Below are positions 23,447 to 36,837 of a stretch of 64,000 nt of DNA, in pieces. Source of the stretch: Hydrolagus colliei (taxonomy: Eukaryota). Positions within the stretch are counted from its first letter, which is position 1, and every line of letters starts with the position of its first letter. The position numbers were made by a program, and so were the translations under genes. Location of the stretch: positions 18,476,001 to 18,540,000 of the forward strand of contig CM068742.1 of the NCBI GenBank assembly GCA_035084275.1. The letters are read 5' to 3'. Below the pieces are notes generated by a model. The model was given only the letters and a program-made list of their open reading frames with translations. It was not told where the DNA came from and did not search any database.

Positions 23447-26400
23447 TTTATGATAAGGTACACTCAGAGGTCCGCAAGCCTTGGTGCTTGCGACCAGCGC
23501 CTAATACTTTCCTAAATTAAATAGGTAAGCAGGACAAATCTCTCCAGGGAGAGTTCATTCCAACCATCTATTTCTGGAATTGCTATGTGTAGGTGGGTGC
23601 ATGGAAATCTCAACTTGGCTTGGATACTCTTAAGTGCCGCGATGGGTTTCCTGATGTGTGTCAGGCACCTGGCTGACCCCCCCCCCCCCCCCCTCCCCTC
23701 TACCTCCCCCCATAAAAATATATTTTCTGCCGGGATATGCATGTGGCAGTCAGTGATTGATGGGAATCTGTGGTGGCATCAGAGACTGGCATCTACCACT
23801 CAGTTGGTGAATGTTGTTATTGGAACATCATGAAATGGGCAGTCAATTTCCAAATACAGATCTCTATTTGCACTTGAATAGATATGAATCTTAGGACCTA
23901 CAGAGTTAAGGATAATTTCCCTCTGCTGCCTGTGAAATATATTCAGAGGAAAGCTTGTTTCCCATGTACCGAGAAGCTGGGCGAAAAAAATAAATTGCGA
24001 AATCATTGTGTGAGGAATGATACCTTTCCAGAGATGACAATTTGTTTGTATTTGTCATGGACATAAAGGTATTGTTTATCTCGGTGCCTTTCATATTGTG
24101 GTACTCACAGGTCGGTGTTATTTTATGGATTAACTGCTTATTGCATCAGGCTAGCCACTGGCCTCTGGATGGGGGAGATTTCCCATCGGATTTCAAATGG
24201 AGGAACCACAATTGGTTTAAGATGTGACAAATATTTCTTTCTTTTTCTTTTTTTCAAAAATAAATTGAACGGGAGATGGAAGTGGTTGGTGGGGGGGGGG
24301 GGGGGGGGGGGGGAAGGAGAGGGGGGTGGGGAGGGGGGGAGGGTTCTCAATAAAGATAGGAATAAACAGGCAGGGATAATTTATAGCAAGGTTATTATGC
24401 TTTACGTTTGTTTGATCTGCCACCACGACCCTGGTTCCATAGCCAGGATCTGAGATCAGGCGTTAAATGACAAGAATGAATTTCCTTCAGGATTGGGAAG
24501 GGGGAGGTTAATAAGAATTCATGCGGCAACCATTGCTCATTTGGACAATTAAGCACCGGGTTCGGGGGATGATGGAGCTATTTCTGGTCGGATTGCCAGG
24601 TTCAATCTGCTTCACCGCAGAGCCGGTGAATGAAACGCACATCTCTTCAGAGTGATTTCACCTCCTCTTCAAGCCCAAACTCTCTGGGTGGTGAGGGAGG
24701 TGGGTGGTGGGGGGGGGGGAGAGTTGCTCTTCCTGACTGCCACGCAGGGGGTGCGAATTGCACAAGTCCCAGTCTTGCACGTACACTAACTGCAAAGGTG
24801 ACTTGCACCCCCACGTATTTCCTCGTCTCCCCCCCACCCCCCCCCCCCCCCCCCCCACCCACCCTGTCACACCTTTCCCCCTCACTCCAATATTTCTACC
24901 GGGAAATAAAACCTTACCTCCCTACCCGCCAGTCATTGCCACAATCCGCACCAGAGTAACCAGATTACATCCAAAAACCGTTGAAGTATAAATTGACTCG
25001 ATGCATTATGACTAGCGGGGCTTTGGCTGGTGCGCGTGGCCCTCTCGGCGCTGTCCTCTGGCATCCGGACCCATCCGGCATAAAAACAACCACAACCCAA
25101 CTGTTGAGGAGCTCAGCCAACATTGCACACGAGCCCCAAACCACCTTCAGCGGCTCGGCCTCAGTTGTGAGCCATCTCCCCCTTCGTCGGGTTGTGTCCA
25201 CCGCGGAACTCGCCACGTCCATCGATCAAATGTTCCAGGAAGGAATATCTTCCCGAGGCTTGTCCTTGAAAAACACCCGACTGATCAAGACACCCCCCGG
25301 ACGCGTACTGCCGCGCGCTGAGATTTAATCCACAAAACGCGCATTCAATTTACACCCGATGCAAATCGCGCTAACCGGAAAGCTGTGATGATAACAAGGG
25401 CGAGGGAAATTATTAGATAGCAGGGGCATCCCGGGATGGTTTTTGCTTTTGTATTCGGGGGGGTTCGCTATTGTATCCGTTAGTGCAAATAAAACCCGGA
25501 CAACCCTGTCGCGAAGCCCAACCGTTGTGGTTCAGGGGGGGGGGGGGGGGGGGGGGGTCTGCTGTTTGTTGTGCTTCCAAAGTCCTAACATTAGTAAACG
25601 GTGGTGTGTGTGTGTTGCAGCTGCCTACCCCGTCTGTCCCCCTGTAAACAGTCTCGGGTTAGTCGTGATACTGTAACGTTGTGAAAATAATAATAATAAT
25701 AATAATAATAATACTCCAAGCATTTTGATGCAGCGCTTTTCCCGTCTTCTCGATGTCTCAAAGCGTTTCACAGATTATACCGTAAAGTGAATTAATTGAC
25801 TGTATATTACTGAAAAAAAATAGAGTACGAAATCCCAGTCGTTTAAAATTATTCGTTAAAGGTTAAAAGAAATGCGCGTAGAAAAAAAATATTCGCTGTA
25901 AGATGTGATTGTAAGATCTCATCAAAAAGTCCTCTATGGAAGGTTCAATGTCGAAAATGCAAACGAGAATAAAATCACACAGCGGTCAAGCTGTCCAGAG
26001 ATGGTGGGACTGAACGCAAAGGTAAATCACAGGGGCTGATGTGGACACTGTACTGAGATATGTGCACATTGGATGAAGACTATTTCATGACCATGGTTTT
26101 GGTGCTCGAGTTTCGAACATGTGGACAGGATAAGGTGTAACATTAATGGCCAGATCTGTTTTTGCCCTTTTTAAAAAAATGATTGTTTCTTTCCTCGTCT
26201 CTCATATTTTCCGTCAAACATGACCTTTTTTAAAAAAGAGAGAAATCTAATACAATCACAGTATGTTTATAAATGTTATATTTCCGACGATTCCGTTTTT
26301 TCAAAAATAACTGCGTGACGGGCGAAATAGCTATTAATATAGCAATATCATTGAAATCATACTTTACTTTTCAACTAAAGTCAACTAAATTCACACCCAC

Positions 26401-26519
26401 AGCCTCCAATCCGTCCACCCTGTGGAATTACTTAAACTCTTTTGCTTAAACTCGGAGCTATAACTTACGGCAACGTTCATCTTATTAAAACAGCATAAGG
26501 CAACAAAAATAAAAGCAGA

Positions 26520-26870
26520 AACCATATTCCAACCTTTGCTTCGCGTTTTATTATCAACAAGGTTTCAATGGTACACTTTGGAAAACTATATGAACATGTA
26601 GAAATATTTTTTGCCTTATTTAAATATAAGCATCCATTATACCACATATAAATAATTTCTGAATTCCTGAACATAAACGTATGGATATTATGTTCACAGT
26701 AATTTCCAACGGGACAGGAAAAAAAAAAATCAGACAACATGCATTCAACAAAAATATATACCGTTATATATGAGCCAGTTTTACCTCAACAAAAAAAAAC
26801 TCGGTGACGATTTGTTGTTGTGTGTTTTTTTTCTCTCTCTCCATAAAGACACGCCATATCGACTACAGGA
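26520..26870 (-). other. PHOX2B: Probable distal PHOX2B 3' UTR with polyadenylation signal
   Basis: U-rich minus-strand sequence beyond the gap. AATAAA on the minus strand at 26547-26552 is followed by GU/U-rich sequence. Confidence 0.65.
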
Positions 26871-27070
26871 NNNNNNNNNNNNNNNNNNNNNNNNNNNNNN
26901 NNNNNNNNNNNNNNNNNNNNNNNNNNNNNNNNNNNNNNNNNNNNNNNNNNNNNNNNNNNNNNNNNNNNNNNNNNNNNNNNNNNNNNNNNNNNNNNNNNNN
27001 NNNNNNNNNNNNNNNNNNNNNNNNNNNNNNNNNNNNNNNNNNNNNNNNNNNNNNNNNNNNNNNNNNNNNN
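26871..27070. other. Assembly gap (200 N)
   Basis: Run of exactly 200 N, probably a placeholder length. Confidence 1.
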
Positions 27071-27090
27071 TGACGATTCTGAAACCAAAC
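27071..27090 (-). CDS. PHOX2B: PHOX2B exon 3, first 20 bp only (VWFQNR); the remainder lies in the assembly gap
   Basis: The minus strand reads ctctcag|GTT TGG TTT CAG AAT CGT CA and then N. This is helix 3 of the homeodomain, in phase with exon 2. Confidence 0.93.
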
Positions 27091-27135
27091 CTGAGAGGGG
27101 GTGGGAGGGGGGGGGGGGGGGGGGACACAGGGTTA

Positions 27136-27550
27136 TCAATAATATTATTATCGGTTTGTTATTGATCAGATTATTGTATCATCATCATCATCATCATTGA
27201 TATGATTATTATTGCAGATGTTATTATTGATATTATTATTGATGTTATTAATACTATTATTGATATTATTGATGTTATTATTGATGTTATTGATATTATT
27301 ATTGATATTATTATTGATCATACTGTCGGTAATATTACTGGTAATTTTTTGGGGACAGAGTTATTATTGACAGTGTTATTGGTGCCGTTGCCATTCTCTA
27401 TATTGTTTATATGATTGGTATTATTATTACGACTATTCTTCTTCTTCACATTGTTACTCTGTTTGTTGATGCCACTGTTGGTATTATTACTGTTGTTCAT
27501 ACTATGACTGTTGTTATTCTTATTGCTGCTGATTGTTAATTGCTATTGTA
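27136..27550. repeat. Degenerate (ATT/GTT/GAT)n trinucleotide repeat in PHOX2B intron 2
   Basis: Period-3 low-complexity tract giving Ile/Asp- and Asn-rich pseudo-ORFs. Confidence 0.9.
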
Positions 27551-28155
27551 CAATGGCCTTCCCTTTGACTTGGATGCAGAGTTTGTCGTTACCCACTTCA
27601 CTGTCTCCAAAGCGTTTCCGTGAGACACAGTGTACAGTGGAGTGGGGATTCACTGGGGATTTTGTAGGAAACCTCACAAGATAAGACCAGAGAAGCTGGG
27701 ACAGGGTTAAAGGGATAAGAGAAAGGGACAGAAAGAAAGAGGGAGATGGGTGTGGGGGGGGAGGGGGGGGTGCACTGTCGCTGTGTCTGTGTGTTGGTGC
27801 ACAATAATATCGTTATTAACAGTAAATAATCCTTGCATTTGATGTCATCTTTGCCTTAACACGTCGCCGGGACGTCTCGGAGCGCGGCGCGGAATACACT
27901 GTGTGAGGTGTGCGGTGACTGTGGGCGAAACAAGCCAAGACCAGGAAGGGTTAAAAGAGGCAGGAAAAGGGGGAGCGAAGAGAGGGAGAGGGAGAGGGAG
28001 AGGGGGGGGGGGGGGGGGGAGAGAGGGAGAGGGGTGGGGGATGAGAGACTGAGCTGCCCCGGGAAGCACAGCCAGCGGGTACTGGTGTCAGTCCATCACC
28101 ACAGCCACACTGCAGCCTTGCACTCGAACTACCCCGCCAGCTCCACACCACAGCA

Positions 28156-28952
28156 TAGGGCAGGGCAGGGCAGTGCCAGGCAGGGCAGGGCAGTGAAGGG
28201 AAGGACAGGGCAGTGAAGGGCAGTGAAGGGCAGTGCAGGGCAGGGCAGGGCAGTGCAGGGAAGGGCAGGACAGGACAAGGCAGGGAAGGGCAGTGCCGGG
28301 CACCGCGGGGAAGGACAGTGCCGGGCATCGCGGGAGGACAGTGCCGGGTAGGGAAGGGCAGGGAAGGGCAATGCAGGGCACGGCAGGGAAGGACAGTGCA
28401 GGGCACGGCAGAGCAGGGAAGGACAGTGCAGGGCACGGCAGAGCAGGGAAGGACAGTGCCGGGTAGGGCAGGGAAGGGCAGGGAAGGGAAGTGCCGGGCA
28501 CCGCGTGGAAGGACAGTGCCGGGTAGGGCAGGGAAGGGCAATGCAGGGCACGGCAGGGAATGGCAGTGCAGGGCACGGCAGGGAAGGACAGTGCAGGGCA
28601 CGGCAGAGCAGGGAAGGGCAGTGCAGGGCACGGCTGAGCAGGGAAGGACAGTGCAGGGCACGGCATAGCAGGGAAGGGCAGTGCCGGGCACGGCAGGGAA
28701 GAGCAGTGCAGGGCACGGCTGAGCAGGGAAGGGCAGTGCCGGGCACGGCAGGGAAGGACAGTGCAGGGCACGGCAGAGCAGGGAAGGACAGTGCAGGGCA
28801 CGGCAGGGAAGGACCGTGCAGGGCACGGCAGAGCAGGGAAGGGCAGTGCCGGGCACCGCGGGGAAGGACAGTACCGGGCACGGCAGGGAAGGACAGTGCA
28901 GGGCACGGCAGGGAAGGACAGTGCAGGGCACGGCAGGGAAGGACAGTGCAGT
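28156..28952. repeat. G-rich minisatellite in PHOX2B intron 2 (25/30-bp units GCAGGGAAGGACAGTGCAGGGCACG[GCAGA])
   Basis: Tandem units are directly visible and built from 5-bp subunits. Confidence 0.95.
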
Positions 28953-29065
28953 GCGCTGCGGGACAGACTTGTGAGAAGCCGGACGATATAATTTTTTTGA
29001 AAGAGAAAATAAAATAATGTTTTTTTTTGTCGTTTAACCGAGTATCTTGCTTTTGTTTTGTACGT

Positions 29066-29101
<36 letters not shown>

Positions 29102-29841
29102 ACCCCCCACTTGAGCCATTTAAAACTATGGAAACTCAAACCAGCGCTATTTCCGCCTGCCCTGGGAGAGAGGGAGTGAGAGAAAGAGAGAAAGGGAGAG
29201 AGAGAGAGGACCGAATATGTTCGCCTCTATGGATCTTTATTTTTATCGATTTTGTTATAGCAATATCGATTTTCATATGTGAACTGAGGTATACCATATA
29301 CGCACACATATATGCGCATATTTCTGTACATTTGTATATAAAGACACGTGTGTGTGTGTTGTATTTAAATGTTACATCAATATGGTGCGTCTGTGTAATA
29401 TGTCGTTTTGTATTCAGTCTCGCCTCAACGAAATCCTGTCTGTGTTGTGCTCAGAGCACTGTATAGTATTACGGGAATGCGTATAAAGGCACAGAGAGAG
29501 TGAATGCTATTCAATATAAATGCATATATCAGGATATAGATAGATAAGTAGACATGCAGGATGTTCCGATTGCGACATGATCTATCTCTAGTGAGTGGCT
29601 GTATATACAGTATATACAGTATATAATATATATATGTGTGTGTGTGTTTATTTTATCCCACAAATATACTGTTAATTCACTTCACAGGGTATCTGGTGTG
29701 ATATCACTGCACTCACTCCCGGTCCATCCTAACTCGCAATCACTATCAACGTGTATCCGCATTGCGGGTGTGTGTGTGTTAAAGTCGTTAGGAGACGCTA
29801 AAGAGGGTAACGAATAATGTAGAGAGGTATTTATGCTGTAC

Positions 29842-30029
29842 CTGCACCCTGGCCTCTGTCAGATCTATCTTTAGCGCCAGTTCTTCCCGTGTGTAGATGT
29901 CAGGGTAATGGGTTTCTGCGAACACTCGCTCCAGCTCCTTCAGCTGAGCGCTGGTGAATGTGGTTCGTATCCGCCTCTGTTTCCTCTTCTCGTTCAATCC
30001 GCCGTGGTCAGTGAACAGTTTGTACGGTA
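29842..30029 (-). CDS. PHOX2B: PHOX2B exon 2 (VPYKLF...homeodomain...EARVQ), 188 bp
   Basis: Paired-like homeodomain [46 protein letters not shown]. Acceptor gtttcag| and donor CAG|gtacag. Confidence 0.98.
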
Positions 30030-31015
30030 CTGAAACCACAGAGCAAAGGGGGTGGGAGTGGGGGGGAGAGAGAGAGAGAGAGAAAATTAAGAGCAAACCC
30101 ATAAAACGTCTTTTTTTTTGGGGGGGGGGGGAAATAATCACAAAACGCGTTTGGAAATGTCGCTGTCGGGTAACCTGCATGCGGGAAAGAAATCAAGAAA
30201 TGCACTTTAAAAGCAGATTGCATATCAAGCCACATCCCACCGCAGTGTCTAACCTCGTTGGATTCACATCAGCCACAGAAAGAGAGAGAGAGAAAAAGAG
30301 AAAAAAAATCTACAGTAAGATCGCACACTTTGCAGTGAGATTGATTCACTTCATAATTAGGATCACGAAGAATAAATGAAGAATGAAAAGGATTTTTTAA
30401 AAAAGTTAGCAACCCGATAAAGAGCAATATCAAATGCCAGCATTGGCATCATATTCTTATCTGAAAATGCTTTCCCCCCCCTCGCCTCCCCTCCCCTCCC
30501 TCACGCGCCCACCCCCCCACCCCAAAAAAAACAAACACAAGAGATAAATAAAATGAGTTGCATTTGAATTCGATTCATGCATTTTATTTTTATATTTCAC
30601 TTAAAAAAGCAATGTATTCTTCTGTGTCAAATTGTTCCTGAATTGCCTTTCAAACTTTAAGAGTCCTCTTCGAAGTTCGCAGAATGCTTTAAAATGATGA
30701 CAGCATTAAGCCGAAGACACTGTGTTTTAAAGACACTCTGGTAATGAGCTTTAGTCTTTGCTTATTTAATTACACAGGACAGATTTTCTAAGCTTTACGT
30801 ATCATCGCAAAGTAAATAAATTATGCCTATCATTTTGGCAGCTTAAGATAATTTTGTTGGCGGTTCGGGTGTGACTAGTATAGTGTAACCCTATAACTGA
30901 ATTACCCATTGCCTGCAATCGCTTCTAACGTGATAAATTCTTTCATTTGTGTAAGCAAATTTCGTTTGGTAAATACTAAACACATTTCAATTTTCAAATG
31001 CAATCAACCTTCCTA

Positions 31016-31760
<745 letters not shown>

Positions 31761-34700
31761 GTTGGGTGACGATTTTCCCTGATCCAATTTCTTTGCGCTT
31801 TTAAAGCTTTTTAAGCGATCATAGCCCAGGCACAAATTGAGATATTTTGTGTTTTGAGGAGGAAGCTCGGTGTCACGGTCCGCCTTTTTTAAAAAAAATA
31901 ATGTTACACGCTCAATTTAACAACAAGTCTCCCCCCTGCTGTGCGTGAAATGTTACCGCGGGTGTACATTCGCTGGACGCGGGGCTCGATGCAAAATAGA
32001 GAGCGTGAGTTAGTGTAGAAAGGAAATAAAACAAGGATTTCTCTCTCTTTCTGCTCCCTCTCGCCCGAACACACACCTGTCTGAGAACTGTGAAGGAAAG
32101 CGGCGAAGCCGTTTTGTGATGTTTAAGGGATTGCACGCTGGTGTATCAAAATATTTCATGTCTGAACCGTAATTCATTTCTTTTTTTTTTGGGGGGGGAG
32201 GTGCGGGGTGGGGGGGGGGGGGGGGGGGGGCAATGTGCTGATCTCGCAAATAATACACGTAAAATCGATTATACCCTTTGTTTGTATTGTCCATCCTGAG
32301 GCTTTGTCGGCTCCTAAAGGCGCGATTTGGAGGAAAATATTTTCAACTACGATCAATACAATCAACACAAGGATCAGCCGGATTCACCGTATTCGGATCC
32401 GTGCAATTTTGCCGAAAGGTTATTAGTCATTATTGCTGATGCAATCGTTGGGGAAAACACCCCGAAAATGAAAGAGACACAAAAAAGGTTTTATTTTAAA
32501 TAACAAATCGGTGAATAGCGAATCACCAGCGAATTAAAACACTGATAATTCCGCTGAAATGTGCACTTTTAAAACAAAATACTGTATACATATGAAATTC
32601 AGTTTTATTTTAACCCATTGTGCTTCAAGATTGCCGGTCTCATCTCTCGCCTCACCTCACCTCTGCACTGTGCCTTTCACTGTGAAATGCGCTAATACGA
32701 GGCAACAGTTGATGCGATTGTAAACCATTATAAAATTAGTGTAATTGCATCCACAAGTCGGCCCTGAGTTAAATACCCAGCGAAACGGAATCCTGTTATT
32801 CTGAACGCAGAGCGGAATGTAAAACGCGGCCTCATTTGCATCCGCGAATGCATCGCTTCTCAGTCGGCCCTTGTGCACGATACTCACCTGGAAACAAACT
32901 CACATTTGTTGGAATAGCCATCGCCACAGATTAACTTACAACAAACGCTACGATTGCGGGACACCGCGGCTTTTATTCGTTTGGGGAGATTGTTCTCCAT
33001 AACGAGCAGAGGACCAGACTACAAAAACACAAACCCGCTGGATTCAAAGCAGAAAAATAACAAGCCGACGCTTTTACAATTCGTTTATTAATCTCGCCGC
33101 ACAACAAACAAACAAACAGACGGCAGGAAAACGCCCGAGCGGCTTCCAATCCGATTTATGGGGTTGCGCCTACATTTTCAAACAGTTTAACAGCAAGAAT
33201 AGGAATGGTGAAAGAGGGAGGTCGTCCCTGATGATGGGCGATGTAATCTGTGTTGAGTTGTGGCTTTGATAAAGAAGGACTTTCTTTTGTGCTTTGTACA
33301 CATTGTGTTTTTTTTTTCTTTGTTTACTGGCGGAATGAAAACAAAGTTAGAGTGACGCCGGGAAACAAATTGCACATCGCACTAAATTGCTTTCTCATCA
33401 TCCGTCTCCCCAGCCAGACTGCAGAGGCGAGGGCAGCATCAGTCTTCCTCCCATCTCGGTTCATTCTCCGACTTAAAGAGCTGCGGAGACGAATGTGAAT
33501 CCGAGCATTATTGCAAGAATTTATCTTTATTTATTTGCGCTCTCATGAATATGAATGCAGTTCTCGCTCTCTCTATCTTTCTTATCCCCCCCCCTCACCT
33601 CCCCCCATCCCCAACCACCCCATCTTTTCGGTACAGCAATAATAGACATCTACAGCAGACGTGGAAACGATTTTGTTCGAAAAGACACATCCCTTTAGTC
33701 CAGCTCTTCTTCAAGTCGCTGCAATCTTAATGCCGTAAACCGATCACACAAGCGCCTTTTACTTTTCTCCCTTGTGTGTGTTTTTTCCACGCTGTTCGCT
33801 GTAATTTAAACATTTAAGGCAAGGAAGCTGACAGCGGTACTGCAGCAAACAGTAATATTTCACTCAGCCCTTTACAAAATGTTCCTCAGCACTGAATGCT
33901 GGAGGGTTTATTAAAGGATCTTCTGGCGATTGTGGGGTGGGGGGAGAGGTGGGGAGGGGGGAGGGGGGAGTGGGCGATTGGGTGTGAATTAGTACAGGTT
34001 AGGTCCTGGTCAGTTTTGACTTTCATTCTTGTTGAAGAAAACAAAAAATTAAGTGATTATTTGACACTTGTCATCTCTCTCCTGTATAGCATGTCTGCAT
34101 TTGAAGCCTGTCTGTCTGTCTGTCTGTCCCCGGTTCACAGTGAAAGTGTAAAACCCTGATCCGCACAGCCAGGCTGTGGGGGGGGAGACCGTGGGGGGGG
34201 GGGGGGGGGGGGGGGTATTTGGCTTTGCTGTAATCACAGTGTGTGTCTATACAGCCAGCCTTGCACCTCTCTCTGTACAATCGCATTAAGATCTACCAGG
34301 AGCATAAATACCATCGCCTCTGAAATCGCACTGTTCCCTGTTGTAAAGTAACCACCACCAACAACAACAACAACAACAAAGCAACAAGATTTATTTGATA
34401 AAAAGCAAAGCGTAGCCGCTAATTCGGAGCAGCCATCATCGACTTTAATTGGTGCATAACAGCTCAGCACATGGAGTCTGATGACACCAGGAACATTTTA
34501 TCATGAGCCTGTACAGTTGACTCGTTCAGAAGATCACACCCTCCCTCCCTCCCAGTTTCAGAACCTGACAAACATCACCCATCAGAGAAAACAGAAATAA
34601 AAATAAATGCTATCTAGAATTGCTCTATTTATTGCACGAATCGGATGGATGCGTTGCCTTTTCTCCCCCCCCCCCCCCAACCCTGTGCATTTATTTGTAA

Positions 34701-35083
34701 GTTTGTTTATGCAACAAAGACAGACAGGGAGAGGGAGAGAGGGAGAGAGAGAAATCTTTTGTGGCGTCTTTTTAATGGGGTGGGGGTTGTGAGATAAATG
34801 AGTTGGGCTGACAAATCAGCAGCCGCCTGGCTCTGTGTGTGTGTGTGTGTGTTTTTGTTCAGCTTGAGATCTCCACGCGAGCTTCTGGCGACCCGGCTCC
34901 GGCTAGAAAGTTGTACCAAATGGCTAATTAAATTATTGCATCTATAGACCAACTGCTCCAGCAGCCATCCACCACGCGTCTGGGGAGGAGAGGGGAAGGC
35001 CGGGCCTGATATAATCTAATAGAGCTGCAGACTAGAGCACCCGCTTGCAAATCCTAAACCGGGACCAATACAATTAAAGGCGC

Positions 35084-35146
35084 AACACAGGGAGCCAGGC
35101 TAGAGATACACTGCCTTCTAATAACACAGGGAGCCAGGCTAGAGAT
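35084..35146. repeat. Tandem duplication, 39-bp period with a 24-bp identical core
   Basis: AACACAGGGAGCCAGGCTAGAGAT at 35084-35107 and 35123-35146. Confidence 0.9.
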
Positions 35147-36597
35147 GTACTATAATACTGTCTTATAATAATCTTACAACAACACGCAACACGAGTCGCT
35201 TCCACTTGCCAGATGTGAATATGGCAACGATCCCGCTCTCTTACAAATACTATACTGAAATCATTCATCTTTTTTATGTATATATACACACATATATATA
35301 TATAAAACAAACATAAAAATGGGCTAAATCGATTCATTTCTTAAGTTTCTGCATTATATCCAATGCAAGGATTTTTATTATTCTTGCACATTCATTCTCT
35401 CAGTCAAGTGGAAATAAAAACGAAACGACCCCCCAATAGTTATGTGAGGTGTTATTGCACAAGTAAATCGACGGTCAGGTTTAAGGGAAATGGATGTGAA
35501 CTTTTTTGAACGAGGATGTGTGTTGGTGAGGTTCGGTTCAGGCTTGAGTAACAAAACTTAAAGGGGTGGGGGGGAAGAGGGAGTGGGGAGGATAAGGCAT
35601 CCCATTCTTCCTATTGCAGGAGTCACTCTCAGCACAAGGGACGGATTTCTCTCTCTTTTGGGGGAGGATAAGAAAAAAAGGTTGAAATGTTGAAAGACAG
35701 CGACACAAAAAAACAACTCTTAACAAAATGCCATTGTATTCGCGTTGTGCGTTGAGTGACAACGCCTTGTCAAAGGCAGCATAACGTCTCACTTTAAGGA
35801 GATGTTTCACCTCAGGCAAAACACACAACGTGGGACCAGCTATAATATTACAACAAAGCCCGAAGACAAATGATAGGAATATATTTTCACCCCTTCAATT
35901 AAAATAGCTCCCAAAAAATTGGGAGTCGCTGAATGCAAAACGGAGGTCAAGCAAGGCAACTGCAACGCGCCGTTTTCATAACCATTTGCACCCGGTTTGT
36001 TGCGACGTTCCCGTTGATGGGAATCTTTTCATTCCCAACGCGAAACTGGGAAACTTCCCCGTGAAATGTAACAACGCCGCGTTGGGTTTAACAAGTCCCA
36101 GCCGCTTCTCGTGTTAAACCCACAGCAAACACACAGGGCGACTTACGAATGAGTCGATTGATGGCAACAAACACATCCCATTTGCACAAACTAAAGGGCA
36201 GGGAATCGAGGCCATGTTGTGTGTAAGGCGAGACAAATTGACACAAACATTGTAGGGGTTTTTTCTACAACGGATAATGTACAAACCTACACATATATAT
36301 ATATATGTTTGTGCATACATAAGTTAGTACAAATGAAAAAAAATCCACTAATATGATAGGCACGGTGTGCACACACACACATACATATATATACAGTATA
36401 TCTCTAAATGTATTTATATATAGAAATGTCCATCAGCTCTCTGCCAGCTTCGTAGCAACTATAAGAGAAGGAACATCTGCTAAGCTTAAAGAAACAGAGC
36501 GTTTGAGAAGAGGCACAGATGTAAAGTGACATCTGCCCATGACAAAAGAGGAAAAAGGAAATTTAATTAGTGAGAGGCCTTTTGCCGGCTGCCATAG

Positions 36598-36628
<31 letters not shown>

Positions 36629-36688
36629 TGAGTCAACCTGTAAGAAGAAGGCGCACATTGGCAACTACACTGTCTGCACCCGGTGCCA

Positions 36689-36720
<32 letters not shown>

Positions 36721-36837
36721 ACCTCACCACCTCGCCCTCTGTCTCTCTCTTTGGGTCAGTCTTTCACCTCTACTTTAATCTGTATTATTTATTTCACCGA
36801 CAACAGCAAGACTTTGGATCTGCTGAAGCTAAAAGTG

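Noticed and set aside
27071-27072. Codon beginning CA where homeodomain Arg53 is expected
   Set aside because: These are the last two bases before the gap, so a contig-edge error is far more likely than loss of an invariant residue. Reads are needed.
26770-27165. ORFs containing long X runs
   Set aside because: Artefacts of translating through the N gap.
28156-28952. CRISPR-like array
   Set aside because: The units are contiguous with no unique spacers, there are no cas genes, and the context is a vertebrate intron.
27951-29139. Long Cys/Pro- and Gly/Arg-rich ORFs of up to 343 aa in several frames
   Set aside because: They are stop-free translations of the intronic minisatellite, open on both strands, with no splice or domain support.
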